A DNA stretch of 64,000 bases from an uncultured Candidatus Rokubacteria bacterium (GCA_963789955.1 CAWBMV010000003.1:96001-160000); one strand, 5' to 3'. Positions 1 to 9,883 are shown, counted from the first letter of the stretch. Made by a program: numbers and translations. The notes: a model not told the origin generated them from the letters alone.

Positions 1-2
1 CG

Positions 3-1397
3 ATCGGGATCGCGTCGGGCGCGGGCGCGGGCCGCGCCGTGGCCGAGTGGATCGCCGGCGGCGAGCCGCCGATGGATCTCTGGGACGTCGACATCCGCCG
101 CGTCGCGCCGTTCCAGGGGAATCCCGCCTATCTGCGCGATCGCACCGTGGAGATGGTCGGCGTGCTCTACGCGATTCACTGGCCGTTCCAGCAGCCGGTC
201 ACGGCGCGCGGCGTGCGCAAGAGCGCGCTGCACGACCGCCTCGCCGCGCGCGGCGCGTGCTTCGGCTCCGTGATGGGCTGGGAGCGCGCCAACTGGTACG
301 CGACACCCGGGATGGAGGCCGCCTACCGGTACAGCTACGGGCGGCAGAACTGGTTTCCGTGCGCAGCCGCGGAGCATCGCGCCGTCCGTGAGGCCGTCGG
401 ACTCTTCGATCAATCGTCGTTCTGCAAGCTGCGGGTGGAAGGGCCCGATGCGCTCGCCGTCCTGCAGCGGCTCTGCGCCAACGACGTCGACGTGGCGCCG
501 GGCCGGCTGGTCTACACGCAGATGCTGAACGCCCGCGGCGGAATCGAGGCCGACCTGACGGTGACCCGGCTGGCCTCCGACGCCTTCCTGGTGGTCACCA
601 GTGCCTCCGCCTCGACCCACAACAGCCACTGGATCCGGCGCCACCTCGGCGAGTCGCGCGCGGTGCTCACCGACGTCACCTCGAGCGAGGCGGTGCTCGG
701 CGTGATGGGGCCGCGCTCGCGAGAGCTGCTGGCGCGACTCACCGACGCCGACCTCTCGAACACGGCGTTCCCGTTTCTCTCCTCGCAGAACGTCTGGCTC
801 GCGTCGGCGCCGGTGCGGGCCGCACGTGTGACCTATGTCGGCGAGCTGGGCTGGGAGCTGTACGTCCCCACGGAGTTTGCCGGCACCGTCTACGACGCGG
901 TCGTTACCGCGGGGGACGGCCTGGGCCTTCGCCACGCGGGCTATCACGCGATGGACTCGCTCCGGATCGAGAAGGCGTATCGCTCCTGGGGTCACGACCT
1001 GGGGTGCGAGGACTCGCCGCTCGAGGCCGGCCTGGGGTTCGCGGTGCGGTTCGACAAGCGCGCCGCGTTCATGGGCCGCGACGCGCTGCTGGCCCAGGGC
1101 GAGAAGCCGCTCGCGCGGCGGCTCCTGGTTTTTGTTCTCGACGACCCGGAGCCGCTGCTCTACCACGACGAGCCCATCTGGCGCGACGGTGTGCTGGTCG
1201 GTCGCATCGCGTCGGGTGCGTACGGCCACACGCTCGGGCGCTCCATCGGTCTGGGCTGGGTCAGCCACCTCGACGGCGTCACGGAAGCCTTCGTGACGAG
1301 CGGACGGTGGGAGATCGAGATCGCGTGCGAGCGCCGAGGCGCCCGCGCCCAGCTGGTACCGCCCTACGACCCGAAGTCGCTCCGCGTCCGCGCCTGA
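3..1397 (+). CDS. GcvT-family FAD/folate oxidoreductase (dimethylglycine/sarcosine dehydrogenase-like), 5'-truncated by the window edge
   Basis: Frame is open from base 3 (IGIASGAGAGRAVAEW). Motifs GWERANWY, TQMLNARGGIEADLTV, TYVGELGWELY, SLRIEKAYRSWG. Confidence 0.9.
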   Translation: MGIASGAGAGRAVAEWIAGGEPPMDLWDVDIRRVAPFQGNPAYLRDRTVEMVGVLYAIHWPFQQPVTARGVRKSALHDRLAARGACFGSVMGWERANWYATPGMEAAYRYSYGRQNWFPCAAAEHRAVREAVGLFDQSSFCKLRVEGPDALAVLQRLCANDVDVAPGRLVYTQMLNARGGIEADLTVTRLASDAFLVVTSASASTHNSHWIRRHLGESRAVLTDVTSSEAVLGVMGPRSRELLARLTDADLSNTAFPFLSSQNVWLASAPVRAARVTYVGELGWELYVPTEFAGTVYDAVVTAGDGLGLRHAGYHAMDSLRIEKAYRSWGHDLGCEDSPLEAGLGFAVRFDKRAAFMGRDALLAQGEKPLARRLLVFVLDDPEPLLYHDEPIWRDGVLVGRIASGAYGHTLGRSIGLGWVSHLDGVTEAFVTSGRWEIEIACERRGARAQLVPPYDPKSLRVRA

Positions 1398-2494
1398 TCC
1401 GGTAGTAGCGGCCAGGCGAGCTGGTGCCAGTACCCTTCCGGCACCGGTCGCCCGGTGATGCCGTAGACCTCGGGCCAGCGCCCCTCAGGCAAATACGCGG
1501 TGCCGAAGAGCCGGTCGATCCACGGCAGATGCACGGCGAAGTTCTTGTCCACCGGAGTCGCGGCGTGGTGCCAGTGGTGAAAACGCGGTGTGGCCACGAG
1601 CCAGTCGAGCGCTCCGAGATCGACCCGCACGTTGGCGTGGATGAAGACCGCGAGGAACGACACGAACACGAGGTATGCGTAGACGGCCGGCGGCGCGAAG
1701 CCGAGCACGTAAAGCGGCACGAACGAGAGGCCGCGCGTCACGACGATGTCGATCAGATGCAGCCGCGATCCGGCCAGCCAGTCCATGGTCTCCGACGAGT
1801 GGTGGATCGCGTGGAGGCGCCAGAGCGAGGGCACCCGGTGAAACGCCCGATGCACCCAGTACTGGGTGAAGTCGGCGACGAGGATGATCTCGAGAAACTG
1901 GAGCGCCAGCGGCTGCGCCGCCACCTTATCTTGTAAATAGGGCTGCGTGGCCCAGCGGAAGAGCAGCGCCGCGGGCAGCATCGTGAGCACGACCGTCACC
2001 TGCACCATGAGGTGGCTCATCGCGAAGTGCATGAGGTCGGTCGTCCAGCCCGGACGGAAGATCGGCTGCGCGGGCAAGCGCGGGATCACGCGCTCGAGCG
2101 GGACGAAGAGGAGTGCGAGCACGAACAGGTTCAGCAGGAACCAGTCGAGCCCGACCGCGGTCGTCCCGCCGAGGGTGCCGACCTCCGCGGTCGATCCTCC
2201 GAGCAGCGTGCCTGCGGTGGCGAGCGCCATGCCCGTGAAGCCGAGCACCTTGCGGCGCCGCAGCACGACGCTCAAGGCGCCGAGACCGAAGCCGATCACG
2301 AGCATCACGTAGATCAGGAAGCGGACGAGGTCGAGCGGATAGAGCGCGCGCGCCGATGGCGTGGTCAGCCAGCTCGGGAAGAGCAGGCACAGGACCCCGC
2401 CGTAGCCGAGCGCGCCGCAGGTGACCGCGAGGACGCCGCTGATCCAGCCCGATCCGAAGTGATGCCCCGTGCCCTTGCCGAGGCCCGAGGTCAT
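1364..2494 (-). CDS. Sterol desaturase / fatty-acid hydroxylase family membrane protein
   Basis: His boxes YWVHRAFH, HAIHHS, FIHAN, FHHWHH. Likely start MTSGLG at 2494, an ATGA overlap with the upstream stop; the ORF-track extension to 3016 overlaps another gene. Confidence 0.85.
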   Translation of the reverse strand: MTSGLGKGTGHHFGSGWISGVLAVTCGALGYGGVLCLLFPSWLTTPSARALYPLDLVRFLIYVMLVIGFGLGALSVVLRRRKVLGFTGMALATAGTLLGGSTAEVGTLGGTTAVGLDWFLLNLFVLALLFVPLERVIPRLPAQPIFRPGWTTDLMHFAMSHLMVQVTVVLTMLPAALLFRWATQPYLQDKVAAQPLALQFLEIILVADFTQYWVHRAFHRVPSLWRLHAIHHSSETMDWLAGSRLHLIDIVVTRGLSFVPLYVLGFAPPAVYAYLVFVSFLAVFIHANVRVDLGALDWLVATPRFHHWHHAATPVDKNFAVHLPWIDRLFGTAYLPEGRWPEVYGITGRPVPEGYWHQLAWPLLPDQARTRSDFGS

Positions 2495-3543
2495 GCGAAG
2501 GCGAAGGCGCGGGCCGGGTTCTCCACGAGAAGACGCGTGAGGCCGAGGTCGTCGACACCCTTGGCGCGCAGGCGGGGCACCACGTTCACGAGCAGGTGGT
2601 GATAGCCGTAGCCGCCGTACTTCACGAGCGAGGTCTTGTAGGCGATGTCGTGCGACATGAGGATCTGATCGCGGTGGCCGGCGTCGATCAGCGCGAGCAC
2701 GTGCGCCATGCGGCCGCCGTCGTTGGGCATGTCGAAGCTCGGGTTGTACGGATAGAACGAGTTCTCCATCCCGAAGAGGTCGTACTCGAGCCAGATGCCG
2801 GTCTGGGCGAGGTCGATCACCGCTCGGATATCGCTGATCGTGCGGCAGATGTGGCACATGATCGTGCGGCGCAGCTCGCCGCCTTCCTTGCGGATGAACT
2901 CGGCGAGCTGCATCGGCATGTCCGGGTGGCGGCCGGGATGGATCATGAGCGGCGCACCCGTCTCGCGCTGGGTGATGATCGCCGCCCGCAAGACCTTCCG
3001 TTCGTTCTCTGTCCACGGGTAGGTGGTGCCGATCTCGCCGATGAGACCGGCGCGGACGCCGGTATCGCCGACTCCGGAGGTGACGTCAGCGATCATCTCG
3101 CGCGCCAGCTCGTCGACGGTGCGGCGATCCATATCGGCCGGATGGGACGCGCTGACGTAGTAGCCGGCGCCCATGACCACGTTGAGGCCGGTGGCGCGCG
3201 CGATGCGGGCGAGGGCCAGGGGATCGCGGCCGATCGTCTTCGGCGTCGGATCGACCACGGTGCGGCCGCCGGCGTGCTTGAACAGGAGGATCTCGTCCTG
3301 GGCCACCTGCTCGTCGAGGAGCCGGAGGTTGTCCAGGTTGGCGTTGAAGTTCTGGCGGACCCAGCCGAGGTTGCCGAGGCTCACCGGCTCCCAGGCGCGC
3401 CCCTTGTCGCTGGCGGCCGCCGGCTCGGCGAACATCACCTTGAAGTCGATCAGGAGGTGCTCGTGGGGCAGGGTGACGCCGATCGCGCTCGGCGCGATGG
3501 CGCCGAGTACTGTCTGGACCTGCCCCGCCAGCGGCCCCGGCAT
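2491..3543 (-). CDS. Phosphotriesterase-family amidohydrolase
   Basis: TLPHEHL, GLIGEIG, MIHPG, IMCH, LMSHD, ENPARAF motifs. Confidence 0.9.
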   Translation of the reverse strand: MPGPLAGQVQTVLGAIAPSAIGVTLPHEHLLIDFKVMFAEPAAASDKGRAWEPVSLGNLGWVRQNFNANLDNLRLLDEQVAQDEILLFKHAGGRTVVDPTPKTIGRDPLALARIARATGLNVVMGAGYYVSASHPADMDRRTVDELAREMIADVTSGVGDTGVRAGLIGEIGTTYPWTENERKVLRAAIITQRETGAPLMIHPGRHPDMPMQLAEFIRKEGGELRRTIMCHICRTISDIRAVIDLAQTGIWLEYDLFGMENSFYPYNPSFDMPNDGGRMAHVLALIDAGHRDQILMSHDIAYKTSLVKYGGYGYHHLLVNVVPRLRAKGVDDLGLTRLLVENPARAFAFA

Positions 3544-3546
3544 CGG

Positions 3547-4482
3547 CTACCGGAAGGCCGGCGCGATCTCCACGATGAACCGGTCGAGGTCGCGGCGCAG
3601 CTCGTCGACCGGGCGGAACATGCTCGGGATGAAGAGCGTGTCGACCTTGGCCGACTGGAGCTGGTGAAGCTGCTCGCGGATCTGGTCCGGGGTGCCCGCG
3701 AGGCACGTGTCGCGTGCGTCGGCGGCGTGACGGCCCATGCGCTTGGCGATCGTCTCGGCGAGCTGCTCCACTTCACTTTTGTTGTCGGTGATTAGGAGCG
3801 CCATGTTCGCAGAGCGCTTGAGGCTCTTGGGATCGCGGCCCAGGGTCGCGCAGTGGTCGTCGAGGATCTTGCCCTTGCGTGCGAGGACCCGCGGGCCGCC
3901 CCAGCAGTTCCAGTGATCGGCGTGCTTGGCCACGATGCGCAGGGTGACCTTCTCGCCGCCGCCGCCGATCATGAGCTCGGGGTGCGGTGTCTGGATCGGC
4001 TTCGGATCGAGCGGGGCATCGGTGAGCTGGTAGTAGCGTCCCTCGAACGTCGTGCGGCGCTCCTTCCACAGCGACCGGATCACCTGACAGGCTTCGTCCA
4101 GCCGCTCGAGCCGCTCGCGCATCGTGTAGAACGGGATCCCGTAGGCTTCGTGCTCGTTCTGCTGCCATCCCGCGCCCAGGCCGAGGAGGAGCCGGCCGCC
4201 GGAGATGATGTCGACCTGAGCCGCCATCTTGGCGACGACGGCCGGGTGCCGATAGGTGTTGCCGAGGACGATCGTGCCGATGCGCAGCCGCGGCACCAGG
4301 GCCGCCAGGGCACTCAAGGTGCTCCACGACTCGAGCATGGCGCCCTCGCGCTCTTTCGTGTTCGGCATGAAATGATCGGTCACACAGGCGATATCCCAGC
4401 GCGTCGTCTCGAGGTGCTTCCAGAGGTCGAGCACGCCCGCCCAGGTCTGGCCCCCCATGCTGGTGAAGATGCCGAAGCGCAT
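3547..4482 (-). CDS. LLM-class F420-dependent oxidoreductase
   Basis: DHF, YRHPAVVAKMAAQVDIISGGRL, MIGGGGEKVTLRIVAKHAD. GAGGAG RBS lies upstream of ATG 4482. Confidence 0.9.
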   Translation of the reverse strand: MRFGIFTSMGGQTWAGVLDLWKHLETTRWDIACVTDHFMPNTKEREGAMLESWSTLSALAALVPRLRIGTIVLGNTYRHPAVVAKMAAQVDIISGGRLLLGLGAGWQQNEHEAYGIPFYTMRERLERLDEACQVIRSLWKERRTTFEGRYYQLTDAPLDPKPIQTPHPELMIGGGGEKVTLRIVAKHADHWNCWGGPRVLARKGKILDDHCATLGRDPKSLKRSANMALLITDNKSEVEQLAETIAKRMGRHAADARDTCLAGTPDQIREQLHQLQSAKVDTLFIPSMFRPVDELRRDLDRFIVEIAPAFR

Positions 4483-4530
4483 GTCATTCTCCTCTCTTGT
4501 GCCCACATACTATCGCGACAGGGAGGACCT

Positions 4531-4652
4531 ATGGCCATCATCCGCATCCACACCGGCTCCGACGGCAAGTCGCATTTCCAGGAGATCGTGCCGAAATTCG
4601 AGTCGCGCGAGGACAAGTCCGAGACCGCCGAGCTGATCCCCGGCAGTGGCAT
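4531..4652 (+). pseudogene. Small cupin gene, copy 1: 5' fragment only (about 40 codons)
   Basis: GGGAGGACCT-ATG then MAIIRIHTGSDGKSHFQEIVPKF..ELIPGSG, near-identical to 9884-10234. Similarity stops abruptly at about 4652. Confidence 0.85.
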
Positions 4653-4878
4653 GCGCCGCGACGCCCGCGGATCCGCCGAGGGCCGCTCCTGCTCGAGCCG
4701 GGTCAGCATCGCCTCGAACAACTCCCCGGCGTCTGCGTGACCGTTGGCCATCGCCTCGGTGACCGGGCGGCCAAAGGCGTACTGCCAGAGGAGCGCCTCC
4801 ATACTGCCGGCCTGGCCCGCCAGGAGGCGCTGCCGGAGGCGCTCTTGATATTTCGGCCCGAGCAGATCGCGCGCTAGA
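4653..4878 (-). pseudogene. Fragment of a phage-like small protein (terminase-small/DUF5681-like C-terminus)
   Basis: ARDLLGPKYQERLRQRLLAGQAGSMEALLWQYAFGRP. Resemblance by eye only; no intact start. Confidence 0.3.
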
Positions 4879-4966
4879 CCCTTGGACCGGCTATACTACC
4901 GTTCCGTGGATTCAAGCGTGAGCCAACGTGAGGTCGATCGAAATCCCTTTTCGTTGAAGTCCCCAC

Positions 4967-5722
4967 ATGGTCGGCCTATTCCTCTTCATCATTGCCCTAG
5001 GGTGGCTGGCTGGTCCCGTCTATATTCAGCTGACCCGGCGTAAGAACGCGCTGTTCATGCGGATGCTCGAGCAAATCACTGACTGGCTCGACAGCCACGA
5101 CATCGAGTACTGGCTCGATTGGGGGACCCTGCTGGGAGCCGTGCGCGAGGGCCGTCTCCTGCGGCACGATACCGACGTCGATCTTGCGGTTCCTGCGGAG
5201 CGTGCAGCCCATCTTCGGCAGGCCGTGGCCCAGGAGCAGCTGGCGGATCGGTACTTCGTGAAAGATCGAGGAACGTCGATTCTCTTCGGATTGCGCCGCC
5301 ATCCGTTCCTCCATGCGATAGAGGATGAGGTCCTCGTCCACGTGGAGTTCGTTGAGGAGGATACGCAGGCCGGTGATCTCGTCCTTTCGGGCGGGAAGCG
5401 CCGTGTGCCTCTGGCCCTCGTCCGTCCGCTGGGTTCCATTCGTCTGGGGAACCGCGCCCATCCAACTCCGGGTGAGCGAGAAAACTATCTGCAGGCCTTG
5501 TATGGGTACTGGGGACGCCGGTGTGTTTATGAGGGTAACGATCGATATCGGGCTTGTGCCTCGATACGTGACTATCTGATTTACTGGGGTCAGCAGCTGA
5601 TCTTCTATCGCCTCTACTTCTCATGGAAGAGCCTGCCATTGCCGCGAACCTGGAAGGCGTGGCTGGACCACTGGTCAGGGAGACTATCCCGAAAGCTCTC
5701 GTTTCCCGAGCCCAAGACATAG
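4967..5722 (+). CDS. licD: LicD-family nucleotidyl/phospho-transferase with N-terminal membrane anchor
   Basis: YWLDWGTLLGAVREG..HDTDVDL signature and YLQALYG. Confidence 0.8.
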   Translation: MVGLFLFIIALGWLAGPVYIQLTRRKNALFMRMLEQITDWLDSHDIEYWLDWGTLLGAVREGRLLRHDTDVDLAVPAERAAHLRQAVAQEQLADRYFVKDRGTSILFGLRRHPFLHAIEDEVLVHVEFVEEDTQAGDLVLSGGKRRVPLALVRPLGSIRLGNRAHPTPGERENYLQALYGYWGRRCVYEGNDRYRACASIRDYLIYWGQQLIFYRLYFSWKSLPLPRTWKAWLDHWSGRLSRKLSFPEPKT

Positions 5723-5799
5723 CTTTCGGCGTGCAGTGCCCTCCGGGAGCTGGGAGGCGCGCGACGATCAGGCGATTCGCTCGGGTCGCGCGGGCCGAA

Positions 5800-5890
5800 C
5801 ATCCTTGGCGACCAGGCCCTCATAGTCGTGCGCAATCACTTCCGCCCACGCCTCGAACCCGTTCCGCGCGAGCCGGCGCACAGGCAGGCT
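5800..5890 (-). pseudogene. ATP-dependent DNA ligase internal fragment
   Basis: LPVRRLARNGFEAWAEVIAHDYEGLVAKD contains the ligase EG(L)VxK motif. The rest of the gene is absent. Confidence 0.55.
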
Positions 5891-6330
5891 GGATCGCCGC
5901 GTCCTCGTCGGGGACGAGCCTCGCGAGGAGGTAGATGCCATAAACTTCAATCGGTAGATCAGACATCACGGTAGCGTACCACCCGGGTGATGGCCGGGTA
6001 GCGCCGGTGCGGTTTGGGCCGAAGGTCATCAGGCGGATGTGGAGCCCGGCGCCGCCCATAGTTCACGTCTGCTAGACTCCGGTTGAGCGGTCCTCCTACG
6101 CGGTAGCCCATCTATTTGATGCGTCTCGCGTTCCTGACGCAGCGATAGATTCGCTTCAGGGTTGCGCCGTCGGAAACCACGGCGTTACCAGGTAGATCTC
6201 CAAGGCCTGGATGCGACGGCTCGGCCGGTGGATGTAACCGACGATCCGGACGTACTCGTACCCGCGGAATCACTGGTAGTCCAGAGACCGATTCAACCTG
6301 AGGCAATCGAGCGGGATTCGAACCCTGTAC

Positions 6331-6495
6331 CATCGACCGCTCGAAGTCGGCGGGCTCGCTGGGAGCGCCACTCGAACCCCGTGCGCGCAAGCACCGAACA
6401 CGGAGCCGCGCCCCAGTGAGCCTGACCGTGGTGGATGTCCAGTGGGGAATTGCGCTGCCAGCGCCAGTACAGGGTCGACGACACACCACGGAGCC
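6331..6495 (+). ncRNA. Putative IS110 bridge RNA (target-binding and donor-binding loops)
   Basis: Stem 6354-6363/6412-6421 encloses TCGAACCC, hairpin GTGC-gcgcaa-GCAC and AACACGG. Stem 6426-6433/6484-6491 encloses GTGGGGAAT, hairpin GCGCT-gcc-AGCGC and GTACAG. Guide segments match the element's own left junction. Confidence 0.75.
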
Positions 6496-6519
6496 GCCGG
6501 CCGAGCGAAGGAGGGCTCG

Positions 6520-6890
6520 ATGACTGAGACCGCCTATGCGATGTACGTCGGCATTGATTGGGGCACCGCCAGTCACCCGGTGGCGGTGCTCGACGCCCAG
6601 CGAGTGCCGCTGGGCGAGCGCGCCGTTGCCCATGACGGCGCGGCGTTCCAGACCTTCACCGAGTGGTTGACGCTACTCGCGGGCGCGGAGCCAGCCCGCG
6701 TCGCTGTCGCGCTGGAGGTGCCGCGCGGCGCCGTGGTAGACACGCTGCTCGAACGTGGCTTCCACGTCTTCGCCCTCAACCCCAAGCAGCTCGACCGCTT
6801 CCGCGATCGCCAAAGACGATCGTCGGGATGCTTTCGTACTGGCCACCGCCTGGCGACCGACCAACCGGCCTTCCGACGGCTCGCGCCCGA
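6520..6890 (+). pseudogene. IS110 transposase N-terminal (DEDD) domain, frameshifted and truncated
   Basis: YVGIDWG, VAVALE, LNPKQLDRFRDR, then AKDDRRDAFVLA and LATDQPAFRRL in other frames. Confidence 0.88.
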
Positions 6891-6926
6891 GTGCGCTACG
6901 ACGCCCACAGTCGCCACCATTACCAG

Positions 6927-7265
6927 CGGTTCCGACGGCAAATCGCACTTTCAGGAGATCGTGCCCAAGCTCGAGCCGCGCGGCGACAAGTCCGAGACCG
7001 TCGAGCCGATTCCGGCAGCGGCATCATCGTCCGCCGCTTCGAGCCGACGCGATCCAACCCGTGGCATCACGCACCCAGCCGCTACGCGGTGTTCTACCCT
7101 TTCCGGCGCGGTCGACATCGAGATCGGCGACGGGACGGTGCGCCGGCTCGGCCGGGCGACATCTTGATCGCCGAGGACCTGACCGGGCAGGGACACGCGA
7201 CACGGGAAGTCGGGCCTGAGCCGCGGGTCTCGATCTTCGTGCCGCTCCAGGCGAGCAAGAGTTGA
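6927..7265 (+). pseudogene. Small cupin gene, copy 2: lacks the first codons and has several indels
   Basis: GSDGKSHFQEIVPKL..IIVRRFEPTRSNPWHHAP..VDIEIGDGTVRRL..EDLTGQGHATREVG spread over three frames. Confidence 0.85.
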
Positions 7266-7322
7266 GAAAATGACATCCTCACTCTGTCGAGCGATCCATT
7301 CCATCGGCGAGAGGCGAAGACT

Positions 7323-9077
7323 TCAGTCAGCAGCGTGAAAGCCGTTCCGCGTCAGCACCCACGTGAGAGTGCCGGTGCTGCTGTGTATGCGCACGGGCTC
7401 CAGGCCGATTGCCCTGAGGAAACGCGGCAGCGCGGGTGCAGCAATCCAGCACAGATGGTAGCCGGGGAGCTGGTCGCGCAGAGCCGCTGTGAAAAATGCG
7501 ACCGCGTCCACTTCCTGTTGCGCTTTGGCCTCCTGCAGGAGCTTATAGCCAGGCGGCAGCGTGCGCGGCACGTAGCGCAGAGCAAAGCTCTCGGCGACGA
7601 TCAACACGTCGGGCCCACGCGCGTTCACGTCACGGTAGAAGCCATGAACCGACGGTACGCCCGGTAGGGCGCCCCAGGGCCGGTGGTCCGGAGGCTGCAA
7701 GCGCGTCACGCGGTACGGGGCCCCCGTGGAGGTGTCGAAGTGGGGCAGGTACCCGGACAATCCGTACGTCTCCACGAGCGTGCCTGGCGGTTGACGCGCG
7801 AGCCAGGCCGATACCGCGCGGCGCCCGTCGGACCACTGGGTGGCGATCAAGGCAGCGCAGTGTAGGGCGGCGGCCACGACGCAGACCGCCAAACCGGCCT
7901 CGATCACTCGTTGCCTCAACGCGCCCCTGGCGATGCGCAGGAGCGCCGCGGCCCCGGCGCCAGCGTAGTAGGTGGCCAAGAAGGCCGCGGGTAACAGGAA
8001 CCGGTGTTCGGCGCGCTTCACCACGAGAGTGAACAGCACCACGCTCGAGAGCGCCATCAACAACGGCATCAGCGGGGCCACGCGGCGCGAGTGCATGGCC
8101 CTCACGCCTGCCGCCACGAGCCCGATCGCACACACCATCAACACGGGTAGCGGCCACCACCACTCGGGCAACATCGCGACCAGATCGTGAATGTTCTGGC
8201 GCAGGCCGAGAAGCGAGTCGTCGTACCACGTCCAGTCCTGGCTGTTGGCTCCCGTCAAGAGCCGAATCCGCGCGACGAACCCAAGCGGATTGAACACGGC
8301 ACCGCTGCTCACCAGGTAAGCCCCGAGAAAGCTGATGACCATCTGGACGAGCTGATTGGTACGGCCGAGCGAAGGCTTTTTGAGCGCCGGCATCAACAAG
8401 AGTGGGAACACCGTCGCGTAGGCCTGATCCTTGGTCGCGATCGCCAACGCACAGAACACACCGAGGAGACGATAGTCACGCAGCGCGGCGCGAGCCGGCT
8501 GGCAAGAGAGCGAATGCCAGCGGTCGAGGCCAAGCGCAACCCACATCAAGTACGGCTCGTCCAGGTTGGAGACGCGCCCGTAGTAGGCCAGGCTGAGGTT
8601 GACCGTGAAGAACAGCGCGGTCCATCGTCCCGCGCGCACGTCCAAGGTGTTGCGCGCGTAGCGCGCAATCAAGAGCAAGGCGAGCGAGCTCATCACTATC
8701 GTCACGAGCTTCACGCAGATCGCGAGTCCGGTCGTCACGGCCACGGACGTGGCGGTGGCGACAAGATGCTCGCCCGAGAGCGACGGTGACAGCACCGGGA
8801 TCAAGAGCAGTGCCGGCAGAGATGCTACGAGCGAGATCACGAAGTGCAGGAGCGGATAGCGAGACGCGCTGCCGGGGACGAGATTGTCGATGATCCCGTC
8901 AAACACTCCGTCCGGCGCAATGCCGTCATTTTCCCAGCCGTGTCCGGGCAAGTCCCACAGGCAGGCGAGGCTCTGGACGAGGGCAAGAACCAGAGCAATC
9001 CGCGTGACGACCTGATCTTCTGCGGCGAGGGTGCGGACGAACTCGAGGATCGAACGGACCGCGCGCCTCATGCTCAT
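7323..9077 (-). CDS. GT-C fold integral membrane glycosyltransferase (ArnT/PMT-like)
   Basis: Many TM helices, GWEND loop, YPLLHF, LAIATKDQ, RFLLP. Start has an ATGA overlap with the ppm1 stop. Confidence 0.7.
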   Translation of the reverse strand: MSMRRAVRSILEFVRTLAAEDQVVTRIALVLALVQSLACLWDLPGHGWENDGIAPDGVFDGIIDNLVPGSASRYPLLHFVISLVASLPALLLIPVLSPSLSGEHLVATATSVAVTTGLAICVKLVTIVMSSLALLLIARYARNTLDVRAGRWTALFFTVNLSLAYYGRVSNLDEPYLMWVALGLDRWHSLSCQPARAALRDYRLLGVFCALAIATKDQAYATVFPLLLMPALKKPSLGRTNQLVQMVISFLGAYLVSSGAVFNPLGFVARIRLLTGANSQDWTWYDDSLLGLRQNIHDLVAMLPEWWWPLPVLMVCAIGLVAAGVRAMHSRRVAPLMPLLMALSSVVLFTLVVKRAEHRFLLPAAFLATYYAGAGAAALLRIARGALRQRVIEAGLAVCVVAAALHCAALIATQWSDGRRAVSAWLARQPPGTLVETYGLSGYLPHFDTSTGAPYRVTRLQPPDHRPWGALPGVPSVHGFYRDVNARGPDVLIVAESFALRYVPRTLPPGYKLLQEAKAQQEVDAVAFFTAALRDQLPGYHLCWIAAPALPRFLRAIGLEPVRIHSSTGTLTWVLTRNGFHAAD

Positions 9078-9841
9078 CGCCTTCGGTCGAAGAACTGCGA
9101 AAAGCGTATAGACCATACGCGCGTTGCCGCCTCCAACACGACGGCCCACGACATTTTCGAGTGCCCTCGACGGCGGTCTACGAAGACGATCGGCATCTCC
9201 GACACTCTGAATCCGTGGCGAATGGCCCGAAAGGTCAGCTCTATCTGGAAGGCATAGCCCGCAGAGGCCACAGTCGGCAGGCCGATGGCTTGAAGCACCT
9301 CTCTCCGAAAGCACTTGAAGCCGCTCGTCAAATCGCGCACGCCCACGCGCAGGATCGTTCGCGCGTAGAGGTTCGCGCCCAGAGAAATCAACCGCCGCCC
9401 GAGACCCCAGCCCATGGAGCCCCCGCCAGCCACATAGCGCGACCCAATCACGAGGTCGGCGTCCTCCGCGCGCGCGAGCATCTCCGGCAGATATCTCGGG
9501 TCATGGGAGAAATCCGCGTCCATCTCCACCACGAGCTCGTAACCGTCGGACAAGGCGCTGGCGAACGCCGCCAGGTAGGCGCGACCCAAGCCTTCCTTTC
9601 GCGCGCGGTGGAGTACCCTTACGCGCTTTTCACGTGCAGTGATCTCGTCTGCGAGACGTCCTGTCCCATCGGGAGAATTGTCGTCTACGACCAGCACGTC
9701 GACGTCGGACGTCGCCGCGAGGATACCGTTCGTGATGAGGCCGAGGTTGTCGCGTTCGTTATAGGTCGGTAACACGACGAGGACGCGACGGCGTGCAGGG
9801 CGCAAGTGCCGTGCTTCTCGAAGCGGCACGCCAGTGAGCAT
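9074..9841 (-). CDS. Polyprenol monophosphomannose synthase (Ppm1/DPM1-like GT2)
   Basis: LPTYNERDN, VDDNSPDGTG, EMDADFSHDP, DLTSGFKCFRR, FVDRRRGHSKM. Confidence 0.9.
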   Translation of the reverse strand: MLTGVPLREARHLRPARRRVLVVLPTYNERDNLGLITNGILAATSDVDVLVVDDNSPDGTGRLADEITAREKRVRVLHRARKEGLGRAYLAAFASALSDGYELVVEMDADFSHDPRYLPEMLARAEDADLVIGSRYVAGGGSMGWGLGRRLISLGANLYARTILRVGVRDLTSGFKCFRREVLQAIGLPTVASAGYAFQIELTFRAIRHGFRVSEMPIVFVDRRRGHSKMSWAVVLEAATRVWSIRFSQFFDRRR

Positions 9842-9883
9842 ACCAGAGGGGGGCGGATGTTACCTTCAACGCCGGGAGGACCT

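Larger units (their letters stand above)
6325..6890 (+). mobile_element. IS110-family element remnant: left non-coding end plus 5' part of the recombinase; right end missing
   Basis: Junction ...TTCGAACC-CT-GTACC, then a structured leader of about 190 nt, then a DEDD RuvC-like transposase start. Confidence 0.85.

Noticed and set aside
6290..6330. tRNA gene on the minus strand
   Set aside because: Only a T-arm-like GGGTTCGAATCCC is present, with no D or anticodon arm and no CCA. Treated as a scar or target site.
6442..7167. IS110-cupin fusion protein (241 aa ORF)
   Set aside because: Chance read-through across two adjacent pseudogene fragments.
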